Below, piece by piece: positions 1-8,703 of a DNA stretch of 64,000 nt (the stretch's first letter is position 1; each line of letters opens with the position of its first letter). The notes beneath the pieces were generated by a model. That model saw only the letters and a program-made list of their open reading frames with translations. It did not search any database and was not told the origin of the DNA. The DNA comes from Alphaproteobacteria bacterium. Lineage in GTDB: Bacteria; Pseudomonadota; Alphaproteobacteria; UBA9219; RGZA01. The stretch lies in NCBI GenBank assembly GCA_021732145.1, contig JAKFVN010000017.1, positions 91,661 to 155,660 on the forward strand. The letters are read 5' to 3'. The translations under genes were made by a program, and so were the position numbers.

Positions 1-1286
1 AAGAAACCGATGCGGCATCCAAGGAACGCCTGGCGAAGCTGGATGCCGAGCTTGGTACGCTGGAACAGCAATCCTCCGAATTAACCTCGCGCTGGAAAGC
101 GGAAAAAGACAAGCTGAAATCATCGCAGCGCATTAAAGAAGAAATTGAACGCGCGAAGAATGAATTGGAACAAGCGCAGCGCAAGGGCGATTACAACCGC
201 GCTGGCGAGTTGACGTATAGCGTGTTGCCCGATTTGGAGCGCCGCCTGAAAACAGCCGAGCATACCGAAGACAATGCGATGCTGAAGGAAGAAGTGCATG
301 AAGAAAACATCGCCGAAGTCGTAAGCAAGTGGACAGGCATTCCCGTTGATAAAATGATGACGGGGGAGCGCGAAAAACTCCTGAAAATGGAAGATAAGCT
401 GAAACTGCGCGTGATTGGTCAGGATGAAGCAGTGGCTGCTGTTTCAAGCGCCGTGCGCCGTGCGCGTGCTGGGTTGCAAGACCCGCAGCGCCCCATTGGT
501 TCCTTCCTATTCCTTGGGCCAACAGGCGTTGGCAAGACCGAGCTTTGCAAAGCCTTGGCTGAATTCATGTTCGATGATGATACCGCCATGGTGCGCATCG
601 ATATGTCGGAATATATGGAAAAGCATGCCGTCGCGCGGTTGATTGGCGCACCGCCAGGCTATGTCGGGTATGAAGAAGGCGGTGTGCTTACCGAAGCCGT
701 GCGTCGCAGACCGTATCAAGTGCTGCTATTCGATGAGGTTGAAAAAGCCCATGCGGATGTCTTCAATATTTTATTGCAAGTGCTTGATGATGGCCGCCTG
801 ACCGATGGCCAAGGCCGCACGGTTGATTTCAGAAATACCATTATCATCCTCACCAGTAATCTTGGTTCTGAATTCCTCGCTGTGCATGAAAGCGAAGAAC
901 ATGAAGGCATTTCTGGCAAGGTACGCGATGCGGTGATGAACGCTGTGCGCAAGCATTTCCGCCCTGAATTTCTCAACCGCCTTGATGAAATCCTGCTGTT
1001 CCGTCGCCTTACGCGCGATAACATGGCGGGTATCGTTCACGTGCAATTGCAACGCCTGCACAAGCTTCTGGCTGACCGTAACATCACGCTGCAACTGGAT
1101 GACAGGGCCAAAACATGGCTTGCCGATACAGGCTATGACAGCGTCTATGGTGCAAGGCCCCTTAAACGTGTTATCCAGCGCAGCCTGCAAGATCCGCTGG
1201 CGCAACTGTTATTGCAGGGTCAAATCAGGGACGGGCAGCAATTAAAAGTCACAGCCGATGACAATGGCCTTGTAATTCAAGGTTAA
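1..1286 (+). CDS. clpB: ClpB disaggregase, C-terminal part (gene starts upstream of window)
   Basis: Frame continues from window edge. Middle-domain coiled-coil, then second AAA+ module with Walker [10 protein letters not shown], sensor motifs and the C-terminal small domain typical of ClpB/Hsp104. Confidence 0.9.
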   Translation, partial: ETDAASKERLAKLDAELGTLEQQSSELTSRWKAEKDKLKSSQRIKEEIERAKNELEQAQRKGDYNRAGELTYSVLPDLERRLKTAEHTEDNAMLKEEVHEENIAEVVSKWTGIPVDKMMTGEREKLLKMEDKLKLRVIGQDEAVAAVSSAVRRARAGLQDPQRPIGSFLFLGPTGVGKTELCKALAEFMFDDDTAMVRIDMSEYMEKHAVARLIGAPPGYVGYEEGGVLTEAVRRRPYQVLLFDEVEKAHADVFNILLQVLDDGRLTDGQGRTVDFRNTIIILTSNLGSEFLAVHESEEHEGISGKVRDAVMNAVRKHFRPEFLNRLDEILLFRRLTRDNMAGIVHVQLQRLHKLLADRNITLQLDDRAKTWLADTGYDSVYGARPLKRVIQRSLQDPLAQLLLQGQIRDGQQLKVTADDNGLVIQG

Positions 1287-1293
1287 TTGGCGT

Positions 1294-1322
1294 TTGACGG
1301 GTTTTGGTAAGTTTCTATTAGC
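1294..1322 (+). promoter_or_regulatory. Possible sigma70-like promoter for the pilin-like operon (TTGACG, 16-17 nt spacer, TATTAG)
   Basis: Near-consensus -35 hexamer TTGACG at 1294-1299 followed by a weak -10 about 17 nt downstream, in the 83-bp gap after clpB. Confidence 0.2.
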
Positions 1323-1369
1323 AATTGGTCATTTAGATTCGTCTGTCACCTTTCAAAAGGCAGAACCCA

Positions 1370-2014
1370 ATGCTGCAATCCCGTTCCAACGTTTCCCAGC
1401 GCCCATCATCCGAAGCTGGCATCGCGATTGGCGTAATCTTATTTGTCGTCGCCTTGCTTGCCGTGATTGGCGTTTCCCTGTCGGCTGGAAGTAATACGGT
1501 GGGCAGCACGATTGTGTCTGATACCGTGCGCAACAATATCAAAAGCCAGGCCAACCTTATCCGCAGCAAAATTCTGGAATGCAATCAATACTCCTTCGAC
1601 CGCGGTGAGCTTGGCGATAAATATCCCTATGCTGGCCCGAACGGTGTCAGCTTTGGCGTAACTCCGCAACTGGTCGAAGATTTGCATTGCATGGCGTTTG
1701 TTGCGGAAGGCACCGCGCTGCCTGATACACGCACCAGTTTGTGGTCTGGCGCCCATGCCGCAACGCTTCCTGCGCCAAGCCCCGGTTTTGATAAATGGGT
1801 TTATGTGAATGCTGGCCCATCAGGCGGCCGGTGCATTCGCGTGCAACCCAATCCCGGCAATGCGAATGATGTGGGCATTAAAACCGGCCTTGCGCAAGTT
1901 CAAGGTGCGTTTTCCAGCCAGGAAGTTGTCTATGACTCCAACAGTTCATCACAGCGCTTCATTCTTTGGATAACCGCGCCATCGGGAACGGTTAGCGCCG
2001 ATTGCTCTAGCTAA
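1370..2014 (+). CDS. Pilin-like / class-III-signal-peptide-like secreted Cys-rich protein, paralogue A (214 aa)
   Basis: N-terminus ...SSEAG-IAIGVILFVVALLAVIGVSL (Gly followed by about 20 hydrophobic residues). C-terminal Cys pairs. Motifs GGRCIRVQP and SSQRFILWITAP...DCSS are shared with the downstream paralogue. Operonic with an A24 peptidase gene. Confidence 0.55.
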   Translation: MLQSRSNVSQRPSSEAGIAIGVILFVVALLAVIGVSLSAGSNTVGSTIVSDTVRNNIKSQANLIRSKILECNQYSFDRGELGDKYPYAGPNGVSFGVTPQLVEDLHCMAFVAEGTALPDTRTSLWSGAHAATLPAPSPGFDKWVYVNAGPSGGRCIRVQPNPGNANDVGIKTGLAQVQGAFSSQEVVYDSNSSSQRFILWITAPSGTVSADCSS

Positions 2015-2025
2015 GGTAAGGTTTT

Positions 2026-2679
2026 ATGGAAAAGCGCTTATCACATGACTCCGGCATTGCAATTGGAATGGTCTTATTCGGCCTTGCGCTGCTTGCGGTT
2101 GTATCCGTTGCAATGGGAGTAGGCGGCAATAATAATCTTAGCTCCGTTATTTCCATTGACCGCTCAACGGCGGATTTAAAATCCCAAGGATTGCTGATTG
2201 CGACTAAAATCCGTGATTGCTTCAGCAATGGCATTGATAACAAAAAACTGGATTGCTCGAATAATACCTATATCCCAGGCACGGGCTGGTCACGCCCGGG
2301 ATGCAGCCCGATTGACCCAGCCGCCTTTTATCCAGCAAGCTCAGGTTCCGGCACGCCGGTTGAAAACTTGAACTGCCCATCGTTTGGCGCGGGCATTCAG
2401 AATTTATGGACAGGGCAAGTGCCGGCCTTATTGCCGCCGCCATCATCCGGGTTTGATATCTGGTATTATGTGAATGCGGGTGATGGCGGCGGGCGTTGCA
2501 TCCGGACGCAGCCACTTGCATCAACGGTTGATGATTCTTCCATGCGCGCTGGTTTGCTGGAAGCATCAGCATCCTTTTCAGCGAATGAAGTGAGCTATGT
2601 GCCAACCAGCACATCGCAGCGCTTTATTCTGTGGATTACCAAGCCAGCCGTCATAGCCAGTCCGGATTGCGCCCCTTAA
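2026..2679 (+). CDS. Pilin-like / class-III-signal-peptide-like secreted Cys-rich protein, paralogue B (217 aa)
   Basis: N-terminus ...SHDSG-IAIGMVLFGLALLAVVSV. Shares GGRCIRTQP and SSQRFILWITKP...PDCAP with paralogue A. AAGG RBS upstream. Stop overlaps the peptidase start (TAATG). Confidence 0.55.
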   Translation: MEKRLSHDSGIAIGMVLFGLALLAVVSVAMGVGGNNNLSSVISIDRSTADLKSQGLLIATKIRDCFSNGIDNKKLDCSNNTYIPGTGWSRPGCSPIDPAAFYPASSGSGTPVENLNCPSFGAGIQNLWTGQVPALLPPPSSGFDIWYYVNAGDGGGRCIRTQPLASTVDDSSMRAGLLEASASFSANEVSYVPTSTSQRFILWITKPAVIASPDCAP

Positions 2680-3221
2680 TGGAACAGCTAACTTCATCAG
2701 AAATGATGTCGACCATCTTGAACACGATGCTTTCCGGGCCATTCGCACCGTGGCTGCCGCTGGGCATCATGGTGATTTTGTTTGCCACGGCAGCATGGGA
2801 TGCGCGCACAGGCATTGTTCCCAATATCCCGCTGCTAATTGGCGCGATTGCAATTATCGCCGGACGCTTTCTTGCCAAGGGTTATAGCGATGCGATTATC
2901 AATCTTGCCTTGGGGCTTGGGCTATGGGCGCTGTTATGGGCGTTTAATGAGTTCTGGTATCGCTTTTTCAAAAAAGATGCCATCGGCATGGGCGATGCGA
3001 AATGGACAGCATTGGCCGCTGTCACCTTTGGCGCACTGCCCGCAGTGCTGGCATGGTTCATCGGTTCATGGCTTGCGATACTCTGGATCGGGCTTTGCTA
3101 TCTGTTCAGAAAACGCATCAGCAAGGTTTACTTCGCGCCGTTTTTGTTTTTTGGCCTGAACATCGGCATGCTGTTTACCAAAAAAATCATCGAGCTGCCT
3201 TATCCGTATAATATATTCTAA
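2679..3221 (+). CDS. A24-family aspartic prepilin peptidase, TadV/CpaA type (no N-methyltransferase domain)
   Basis: Polytopic membrane protein with AAWDARTGIVPN (first catalytic Asp in the D..R.IPN context) and GMGDAKW (GxGD second catalytic Asp). The ATG at 2679 overlaps the upstream stop. The ORF-track start at 2631 is an alternative. Confidence 0.7.
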   Translation: MEQLTSSEMMSTILNTMLSGPFAPWLPLGIMVILFATAAWDARTGIVPNIPLLIGAIAIIAGRFLAKGYSDAIINLALGLGLWALLWAFNEFWYRFFKKDAIGMGDAKWTALAAVTFGALPAVLAWFIGSWLAILWIGLCYLFRKRISKVYFAPFLFFGLNIGMLFTKKIIELPYPYNIF

Positions 3222-4153
3222 ACAGCAGCTTCGGTTGCCTTGCCAATTCCCGATGGAATGCCGCGCAGCGGCTTCATGTACAGCAGCAAGGCAGCTGCAA
3301 CATAAATGGACGAGAACGTTCCAACCACGATACCCCATGTGATGGCAACCGAGAATCCGTGCAGCGCCGGGCCGCCAAACAGCACCAGCGGCACAATGGC
3401 CAGCAAGGTGGTCAGCGATGTCATCAAGGTACGCGACAGGGTTTGGTTCACCGCATCATTGATGATGGTTTTCAGCGTTGCGTTCTTGTGCTTGCGCAGG
3501 TTTTCACGGATACGGTCGAATACCACCACGGTATCGTTCAGCGAATAACCGGCCAGCGTCAGCAACGCAGCAACGGCCGTTAAATCGAATTCAAGGCCCA
3601 GCGCGGCATAAAGCCCAACAGTCACGAATACGTCATGGAAGGTTGCGATAACCGCAGCAACACCAAACTGCCATTCAAAGCGGACTGCCACATATACGCC
3701 GATAAACAGCATGGCAAGGCCAAGTGCAAGGATGGCGGCATGGCGTAATTCTTCACCCACGCGCGGGCCAACCACTTCCACGCGGCGGTATTCATAATTC
3801 GTGCCCATGGTTTCACGCACTTTGGCAATGGCTTTGTTTTGCGCTTCTTCGCCGCCATCCTGGCGTTCCATGCGGATAAGCACATCTTTATTGGTGCCAA
3901 ACTCCTGCAACTCCACGCCGCCCAGCTCAAGGCTATCCAGTGTCTTGCGTAAGCCTGCAACATCCACGGCTTCGTTGGAGCGCGCTTCAATCAAAATACC
4001 GCCTTTGAAATCGGTGCCGAAGTTGAGACCCGGAACAAACAGCAACACAATAGCGCCAACCACCATCAATGCGGTGATGACAATTGCAATGTGGCGCTTT
4101 GATACAAAGTCGATATTGGTGTTTTCAGGGAAAAGGCGGATAGGGAATTTCAT
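3218..4153 (-). CDS. secF: Protein translocase subunit SecF
   Basis: 311 aa, 6 TM segments, typical SecF N-terminus and sequence. No secD is adjacent. Confidence 0.9.
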   Translation of the reverse strand: MKFPIRLFPENTNIDFVSKRHIAIVITALMVVGAIVLLFVPGLNFGTDFKGGILIEARSNEAVDVAGLRKTLDSLELGGVELQEFGTNKDVLIRMERQDGGEEAQNKAIAKVRETMGTNYEYRRVEVVGPRVGEELRHAAILALGLAMLFIGVYVAVRFEWQFGVAAVIATFHDVFVTVGLYAALGLEFDLTAVAALLTLAGYSLNDTVVVFDRIRENLRKHKNATLKTIINDAVNQTLSRTLMTSLTTLLAIVPLVLFGGPALHGFSVAITWGIVVGTFSSIYVAAALLLYMKPLRGIPSGIGKATEAAV

Positions 4154-4253
4154 GGGTTTATCGCTTAAATGATGTGAAATAAGTGATAAATGGGATAACG
4201 GCTTTTGAGTTTTCCATCAACCCGTATATTGCGGCGGTTGAATCAGTGCGGTT

Positions 4254-5765
4254 TTAAGCCCATTTCCGGCTGGTTTTTAAATCACGGCGGATTTCCACAA
4301 TGCGGTGATTATTGGTATCTGCGACTAAAAGGCGATTTTCGCCATCCGCCCAAATGCCCGCAGGTTCGTTAAACGGCAGGCACACATCATCGGTACAGTT
4401 CCATTCGTGATTATCCACATCACTCACGCTGCGGTCGTTCATGTCAATCAAGCGCAACGCATCATTATAACTATCCGCCACCAGAATACGGTCATCATCC
4501 AGCAAGCAAATACCCAGCGGGTGCTGCATGCTGGCATCCTGTATCTGGCCATTGGCGTGGCCGAATTCGAATAATCCCTTGCCGATGATGCTGCGGATTT
4601 TAATCTCGTGCATGTCGATGAAGCGGATGGCGGATGTTTCGCTATCGGTGAAAAACAATTTGCTCATGTCACTGTTCAGCACAAGGCCGGATGGTTGCGC
4701 CATATCTGCAACCAATGGTTCGCCGTCGCGTATGCCTTCGATACCGCTGCCGGCAACAACGCGCACAACGCCCTCCACCAAATCAATCGCGCCAATCTGG
4801 TGCGTTCCGGCATTGCTGAAAAACAGAATGTTGTTTTTGATTTCCAAATCCCAGGGGGAGGCAAGGGCGCGCCCAAACGCCTTCTCAAATTTGTTAATCA
4901 GCATCATGCCGCGCATGCCAGTGCCCGATAGCGTCGTTACGTCGCCCGTATGGCGGTCAATGCGGCGTATGGCGTGATTGCCTGTATCTGCGACATAAAT
5001 GGAATCATTATTGGCAATCAGCCCTTGCGGGGAATTGAACGTGGCATGGGTTTTATCGCCATCATCGCAGCCCGCGCGCCCCGCGCCATAACGTTCGATT
5101 TCATTGGCATTATCATCAAACAGCACAATCTGGTGGTGTCCGCTATCGGCGACCATCCATTGCTTTATCTGGCCGGGCATTTTTTTGATTTTTCCGGGGA
5201 AACGCAGCGTGCTTGGCTTCACCTCCGGTTTTGTCCATGAAAAGGGCGATGGTCTTAAAACGGCCTTCTCATCATACGTATCCAGCGCATCGCGCACCGT
5301 GTTCAAAAGGTGCAATGGTTCAGGCTCACCCGTATTCACGTAAGCGATGTAACCCAGCGGGTCGATGAACACCATAGTGGGCCATGCATGCACATTATAA
5401 TGCCCCCATAAAATATGCTTGGGGTCATGGATAACCGGATGGCGAATGTCATAACGCGCAATCGCCTGTTTGACTTTTTCAATGTCTTTTTCGGCTGAGA
5501 ATTTAGGAGAGTGAACACCAATCACCATCACTTCATGGCCGAAGGCGGCTTCGATTTTTTGCAAGGTTGGAAGGATATGGATGCAGTTAATGCAGCAGAA
5601 CGTCCAGAAATCCAGTATCACCAGTTTGCCACGTAAATCGGATAGCGAAAACGGCTTATCGGTATTGAGCCATGTCAGGCCCCCTTTTTCAAATTCCGGG
5701 CGGTTGATTTCTGGCGCATGGAGGGGGGATTCGGATGGTTCCATGAGAGGTAAGATAAACAACAA
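4254..5765 (-). CDS. Thioredoxin-like domain fused to an NHL-repeat beta-propeller (NHLRC2-like architecture)
   Basis: N-terminal redoxin fold with LVILDFWTFCCINC. C-terminal repeated ...ADTGNHAIRRID / VADTNNHRIVEI / VADSYNDALRLID NHL repeats. The true start is probably MEPSESP near 5744. Confidence 0.75.
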   Translation of the reverse strand: MLFILPLMEPSESPLHAPEINRPEFEKGGLTWLNTDKPFSLSDLRGKLVILDFWTFCCINCIHILPTLQKIEAAFGHEVMVIGVHSPKFSAEKDIEKVKQAIARYDIRHPVIHDPKHILWGHYNVHAWPTMVFIDPLGYIAYVNTGEPEPLHLLNTVRDALDTYDEKAVLRPSPFSWTKPEVKPSTLRFPGKIKKMPGQIKQWMVADSGHHQIVLFDDNANEIERYGAGRAGCDDGDKTHATFNSPQGLIANNDSIYVADTGNHAIRRIDRHTGDVTTLSGTGMRGMMLINKFEKAFGRALASPWDLEIKNNILFFSNAGTHQIGAIDLVEGVVRVVAGSGIEGIRDGEPLVADMAQPSGLVLNSDMSKLFFTDSETSAIRFIDMHEIKIRSIIGKGLFEFGHANGQIQDASMQHPLGICLLDDDRILVADSYNDALRLIDMNDRSVSDVDNHEWNCTDDVCLPFNEPAGIWADGENRLLVADTNNHRIVEIRRDLKTSRKWA

Positions 5766-5880
5766 ACCTCATAAAACAAGCTTGTTTTTGGCAGGTTTTT
5801 GGCTCTTTACCAATCATCAAGCTTGTTTTGCAAAACTATCCTGCCCTTTGTACTTTTGTGGCACGAATTATTGGGCAGCT

Positions 5881-6861
5881 ATGGAAAATATTCTCAACGA
5901 CCCCCGTATTAAGCGGGTCGTCACCATCACCAACCGCAGCGTTGATTTAAAGCATTTGCTTTCGGCAGAGCGCGCCGCGCGCGGCAGTTTTTATGCGACC
6001 CGTGTCGGCTTTGTCGCGATTAACCCGAAGGGGCACCGCATTGCACGTTCGCATAACGGGTTCCCTATCGGCATCACGGAAACCCGTGAACGGTGGAGCA
6101 AAGGCCAAAAAGATTTCTATCATCTGCATGCGGAATGTGCCGGCGTTTTCCATGCGCTGCGCGATGGGTATGCATGCAACAAGGCAACGGCTTATATCAC
6201 GCACCCGCCATGCCCCGGCTGTATGCGTGTGTTGATTGCAACCGGATTTAAGCGCGTAGTGTTCAGCGAGCAGGCATTATTGGAACGCCAGGATTGGCGC
6301 GATGATATGCTGCGCAGTTTTGATTTGGCGCATGCTCATAAATTGGAACTCAGCATCTACCGCGATAATGAACGTAGCATGAAAAATGCTGATATTACCC
6401 GCACCGAATTGCAGCTGAAGAAAATCTATGATGAATTGGTGCCGCAGGCGCGCTGGTCATCGGGTGATGTCAGTGAAATTTCTAGAGCCACCAAGCCCGA
6501 AAGCGGTGATTGGGTTGAACAGCCCGTTGTTAAGGCGTTATTGCACTGTGCGAAGCAAGGCATTGCGCTGGGCGGCAAGCGCGTATTGATGGATGCGTCG
6601 CCGGAATGCCGTGCGGCAACTGCGATGATACAGGCCGGCATAACCGAGATTATTATTTGCGATAATAAAAAAACCGGCGATGCGCGCTGGGCCGTGCCGC
6701 TGGAACTGGAGCGCGCCAAGGACATGCTGCTGAACGATGCAAAAATAAAAATGCATGTTGTTAACGCGCAAGAAGCGGAGCGTTTGGTGAATACCAGCGC
6801 GGTCGGCGTGTTGAACGCAGGCAGCCTTGCATTAAAATCCAGAAAATTTATGCAGCTTTAA
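5881..6861 (+). CDS. dCMP/cytidine deaminase-fold protein with a second degenerate deaminase-like domain
   Basis: Zinc motifs HAECAG ... PCPGCMRVL in the N-domain. The C-domain repeats the fold as SPECRAATAMIQAGITEIII without the HAE motif. Start at M101 of the track ORF (5881). The track ORF from 5581 extends across the divergent intergenic region. Confidence 0.7.
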   Translation: MENILNDPRIKRVVTITNRSVDLKHLLSAERAARGSFYATRVGFVAINPKGHRIARSHNGFPIGITETRERWSKGQKDFYHLHAECAGVFHALRDGYACNKATAYITHPPCPGCMRVLIATGFKRVVFSEQALLERQDWRDDMLRSFDLAHAHKLELSIYRDNERSMKNADITRTELQLKKIYDELVPQARWSSGDVSEISRATKPESGDWVEQPVVKALLHCAKQGIALGGKRVLMDASPECRAATAMIQAGITEIIICDNKKTGDARWAVPLELERAKDMLLNDAKIKMHVVNAQEAERLVNTSAVGVLNAGSLALKSRKFMQL

Positions 6862-7825
6862 GTTTTTTGAATAATCCTTTGCCTTCCTGAATTTGCCAAA
6901 TTAGCAATCCTGGTGCCATCACCAATATATCGCGCGTGCGGCGGATAAGCGCGAGCGCCATGCATATCTCGGTTGGAATGCCCAGCATTTGCCCGAATAC
7001 CAGAAAGGTTCCTTCCTGAACGCCAACGCTGGCGGGCACAAAAAATGCAGCGCTGCCGGTGGCCATAATCATTGCTTCCAGGATAATTCCATCGCTGAAT
7101 ACGGCGTTATAGCCAAGGAATTTAAGCGCCGCCCAGATTTCCAGCGCGCCAATAAACCATGCAAGGAATGACCAAAGGGCGCAGCCGAATACGCGTTCGG
7201 GCCGCGCATAAAACGCCATCACTGCGCGATCCAGTTTCGCGCCGGATTGATTGAAGGTTTTGAATTTATCCTGCGCAACCTTGTTAATCAGCTTGGCAAT
7301 GATTTGAAACCCCCCGGCATGCTGTAAAATCACTAGGCCGAATAAAATCAGTGCCGATACGCCAAGGCCCAAGGCCCATTGCAGGAACATGCCATGCTCC
7401 GGCACGCGCAAGGAAAAAACCCATAATCCCATGACGATAAAGATGAACGTGGTAAGTACCGATAAGGTTGTTTCAACCACAAGGCTGCCAACGCTGGATG
7501 CAACGGGCATTCCCGATTTTCTCATGATGCCCAGCGATGCAACCTCGCCGCCAATGCGTGCAACGGGCAGCAATGCGTTCACAGCTTCACGTATCCACAA
7601 TACCCAGATGAACAATGATAATTTTGGACGGCGAGATTTTGGCCACAATAATTGCCAGCCGCGTCCTGCCATTGCCATATGCAGGAAGTGGATAAGGCTT
7701 ACAACTACTACGCCCCAGCCGGCGGCAGCGAAGGTTCTAAAAATAAGTTCCGGCCCTTCGTTAATCACAAGCCATGTGGCAAAGCCGAGCCCAAGCAAGC
7801 CAATGATGATGGTAATGATTTTCAT
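6848..7825 (-). CDS. UPF0104 / lysylphosphatidylglycerol-synthase-TM-like (flippase-like) integral membrane protein
   Basis: 325 aa, about 8 TM segments, sequence typical of the LPG_synthase_TM family. Start overlaps the upstream IMPase stop by 4 nt. Confidence 0.6.
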   Translation of the reverse strand: MKIITIIIGLLGLGFATWLVINEGPELIFRTFAAAGWGVVVVSLIHFLHMAMAGRGWQLLWPKSRRPKLSLFIWVLWIREAVNALLPVARIGGEVASLGIMRKSGMPVASSVGSLVVETTLSVLTTFIFIVMGLWVFSLRVPEHGMFLQWALGLGVSALILFGLVILQHAGGFQIIAKLINKVAQDKFKTFNQSGAKLDRAVMAFYARPERVFGCALWSFLAWFIGALEIWAALKFLGYNAVFSDGIILEAMIMATGSAAFFVPASVGVQEGTFLVFGQMLGIPTEICMALALIRRTRDILVMAPGLLIWQIQEGKGLFKKLKAA

Positions 7826-8631
7826 TTCAGGAGTGCGAGTGCTTGCTTATGCAAGGTTTGATTGCCGGTTGCCAGAACGCAGCCATGCTGTGTTTCTACG
7901 CTGTCAAAATCCAATGTGCCGCCGCGCCAATCGGTCACCACACCGCCTGCACCTTCAATCACGGGAACCAGCGCCGCGTAATCATATAATTTCAGGCTGG
8001 TATCAATCTGGATATCGATGAACCCGCTGGCAACCAGCCCAAACGCATAGGCATCCCCCCCCCACAGGGAGTATTTGGCCGCATCTTCCAGAGGTTTGAA
8101 TTTTTTGCCAAAGGCTTCGTTCTTGCCAGAGAACATGCCGGGCGCGGTTGCGTTTAATACGGCCTTTGAAACATCGGTGCAGTTGCGCGTGGTCACGCGT
8201 TCGCCATTAAACGTGGTCGGGTGGCCATTGCCGCCAATCCAGCGCTCTTTTAAAACGGGCTGGTCAATCACGCCCATGACAAATTTCTTGTTATGGGTCA
8301 GGGCGATCAGCGTTGCAAAAACCGGCATGCCGCGGATGAACGCTTTGGTGCCGTCAATCGGGTCAATGACCCAGCTCCATTCGGCATCCATATTGCTGCT
8401 GCCGAATTCTTCGCCAAAAATGCCATCATCAGGGCGTTCGGCTTTCAACATTTTACGAATGGCTTCTTCTGCGCCTTTATCGGCAACGGTCACGGGCGTT
8501 TCATCTTCCTTGTTTTCAAAACCAACCTTGCGGAAATAGGGGCGAATGACATCGCCGCTGGCATCGGCCAGTTTGTGAAGGAGGGGAATGAAATCGACAG
8601 GGTTTTTTTGCATAGGTGAATTTATCATCAT
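7822..8631 (-). CDS. Inositol monophosphatase family protein (SuhB/HisN-like)
   Basis: Motifs WVIDPIDGTKAFIRG and ...ALVPVIEGAGG typical of the IMPase fold. Contains a G9 homopolymer at 8055-8063. Confidence 0.8.
   Translation of the reverse strand: MMINSPMQKNPVDFIPLLHKLADASGDVIRPYFRKVGFENKEDETPVTVADKGAEEAIRKMLKAERPDDGIFGEEFGSSNMDAEWSWVIDPIDGTKAFIRGMPVFATLIALTHNKKFVMGVIDQPVLKERWIGGNGHPTTFNGERVTTRNCTDVSKAVLNATAPGMFSGKNEAFGKKFKPLEDAAKYSLWGGDAYAFGLVASGFIDIQIDTSLKLYDYAALVPVIEGAGGVVTDWRGGTLDFDSVETQHGCVLATGNQTLHKQALALLK
8055..8063. repeat. C9/G9 homopolymeric tract inside the IMPase-family CDS
   Basis: Nine consecutive C on the + strand, encoding W-G-G on the coding (-) strand. Confidence 0.9.
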
Positions 8632-8703
8632 TGTTGAGCGGTTGTCTTATGTTTATTATAAAAATCTTGTTTCGAGTAGCGTTAAGTTGCAAGATTAATA
8701 TGC

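Noticed and set aside
133-1205. Multiple 70-144 aa ORFs on the minus strand and in off-frames inside clpB (for example 133-522, 771-1205)
   Set aside because: They lie entirely inside a strongly supported ClpB reading frame and have no motifs. Such antisense ORFs are typical in GC-balanced coding DNA.
2631-2678. Track start (2631) of the prepilin peptidase ORF overlapping the upstream paralogue by 49 nt
   Set aside because: The ATG at 2679 forms a TAATG coupling junction with the upstream stop and gives a protein length (180 aa) typical of TadV/CpaA peptidases.
5581-5880. Upstream extension of the deaminase ORF (track start at 5581)
   Set aside because: The extension crosses the divergent intergenic region and overlaps the start of the opposite-strand Trx-NHL gene. 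The conserved deaminase domain begins right at M101 (5881).
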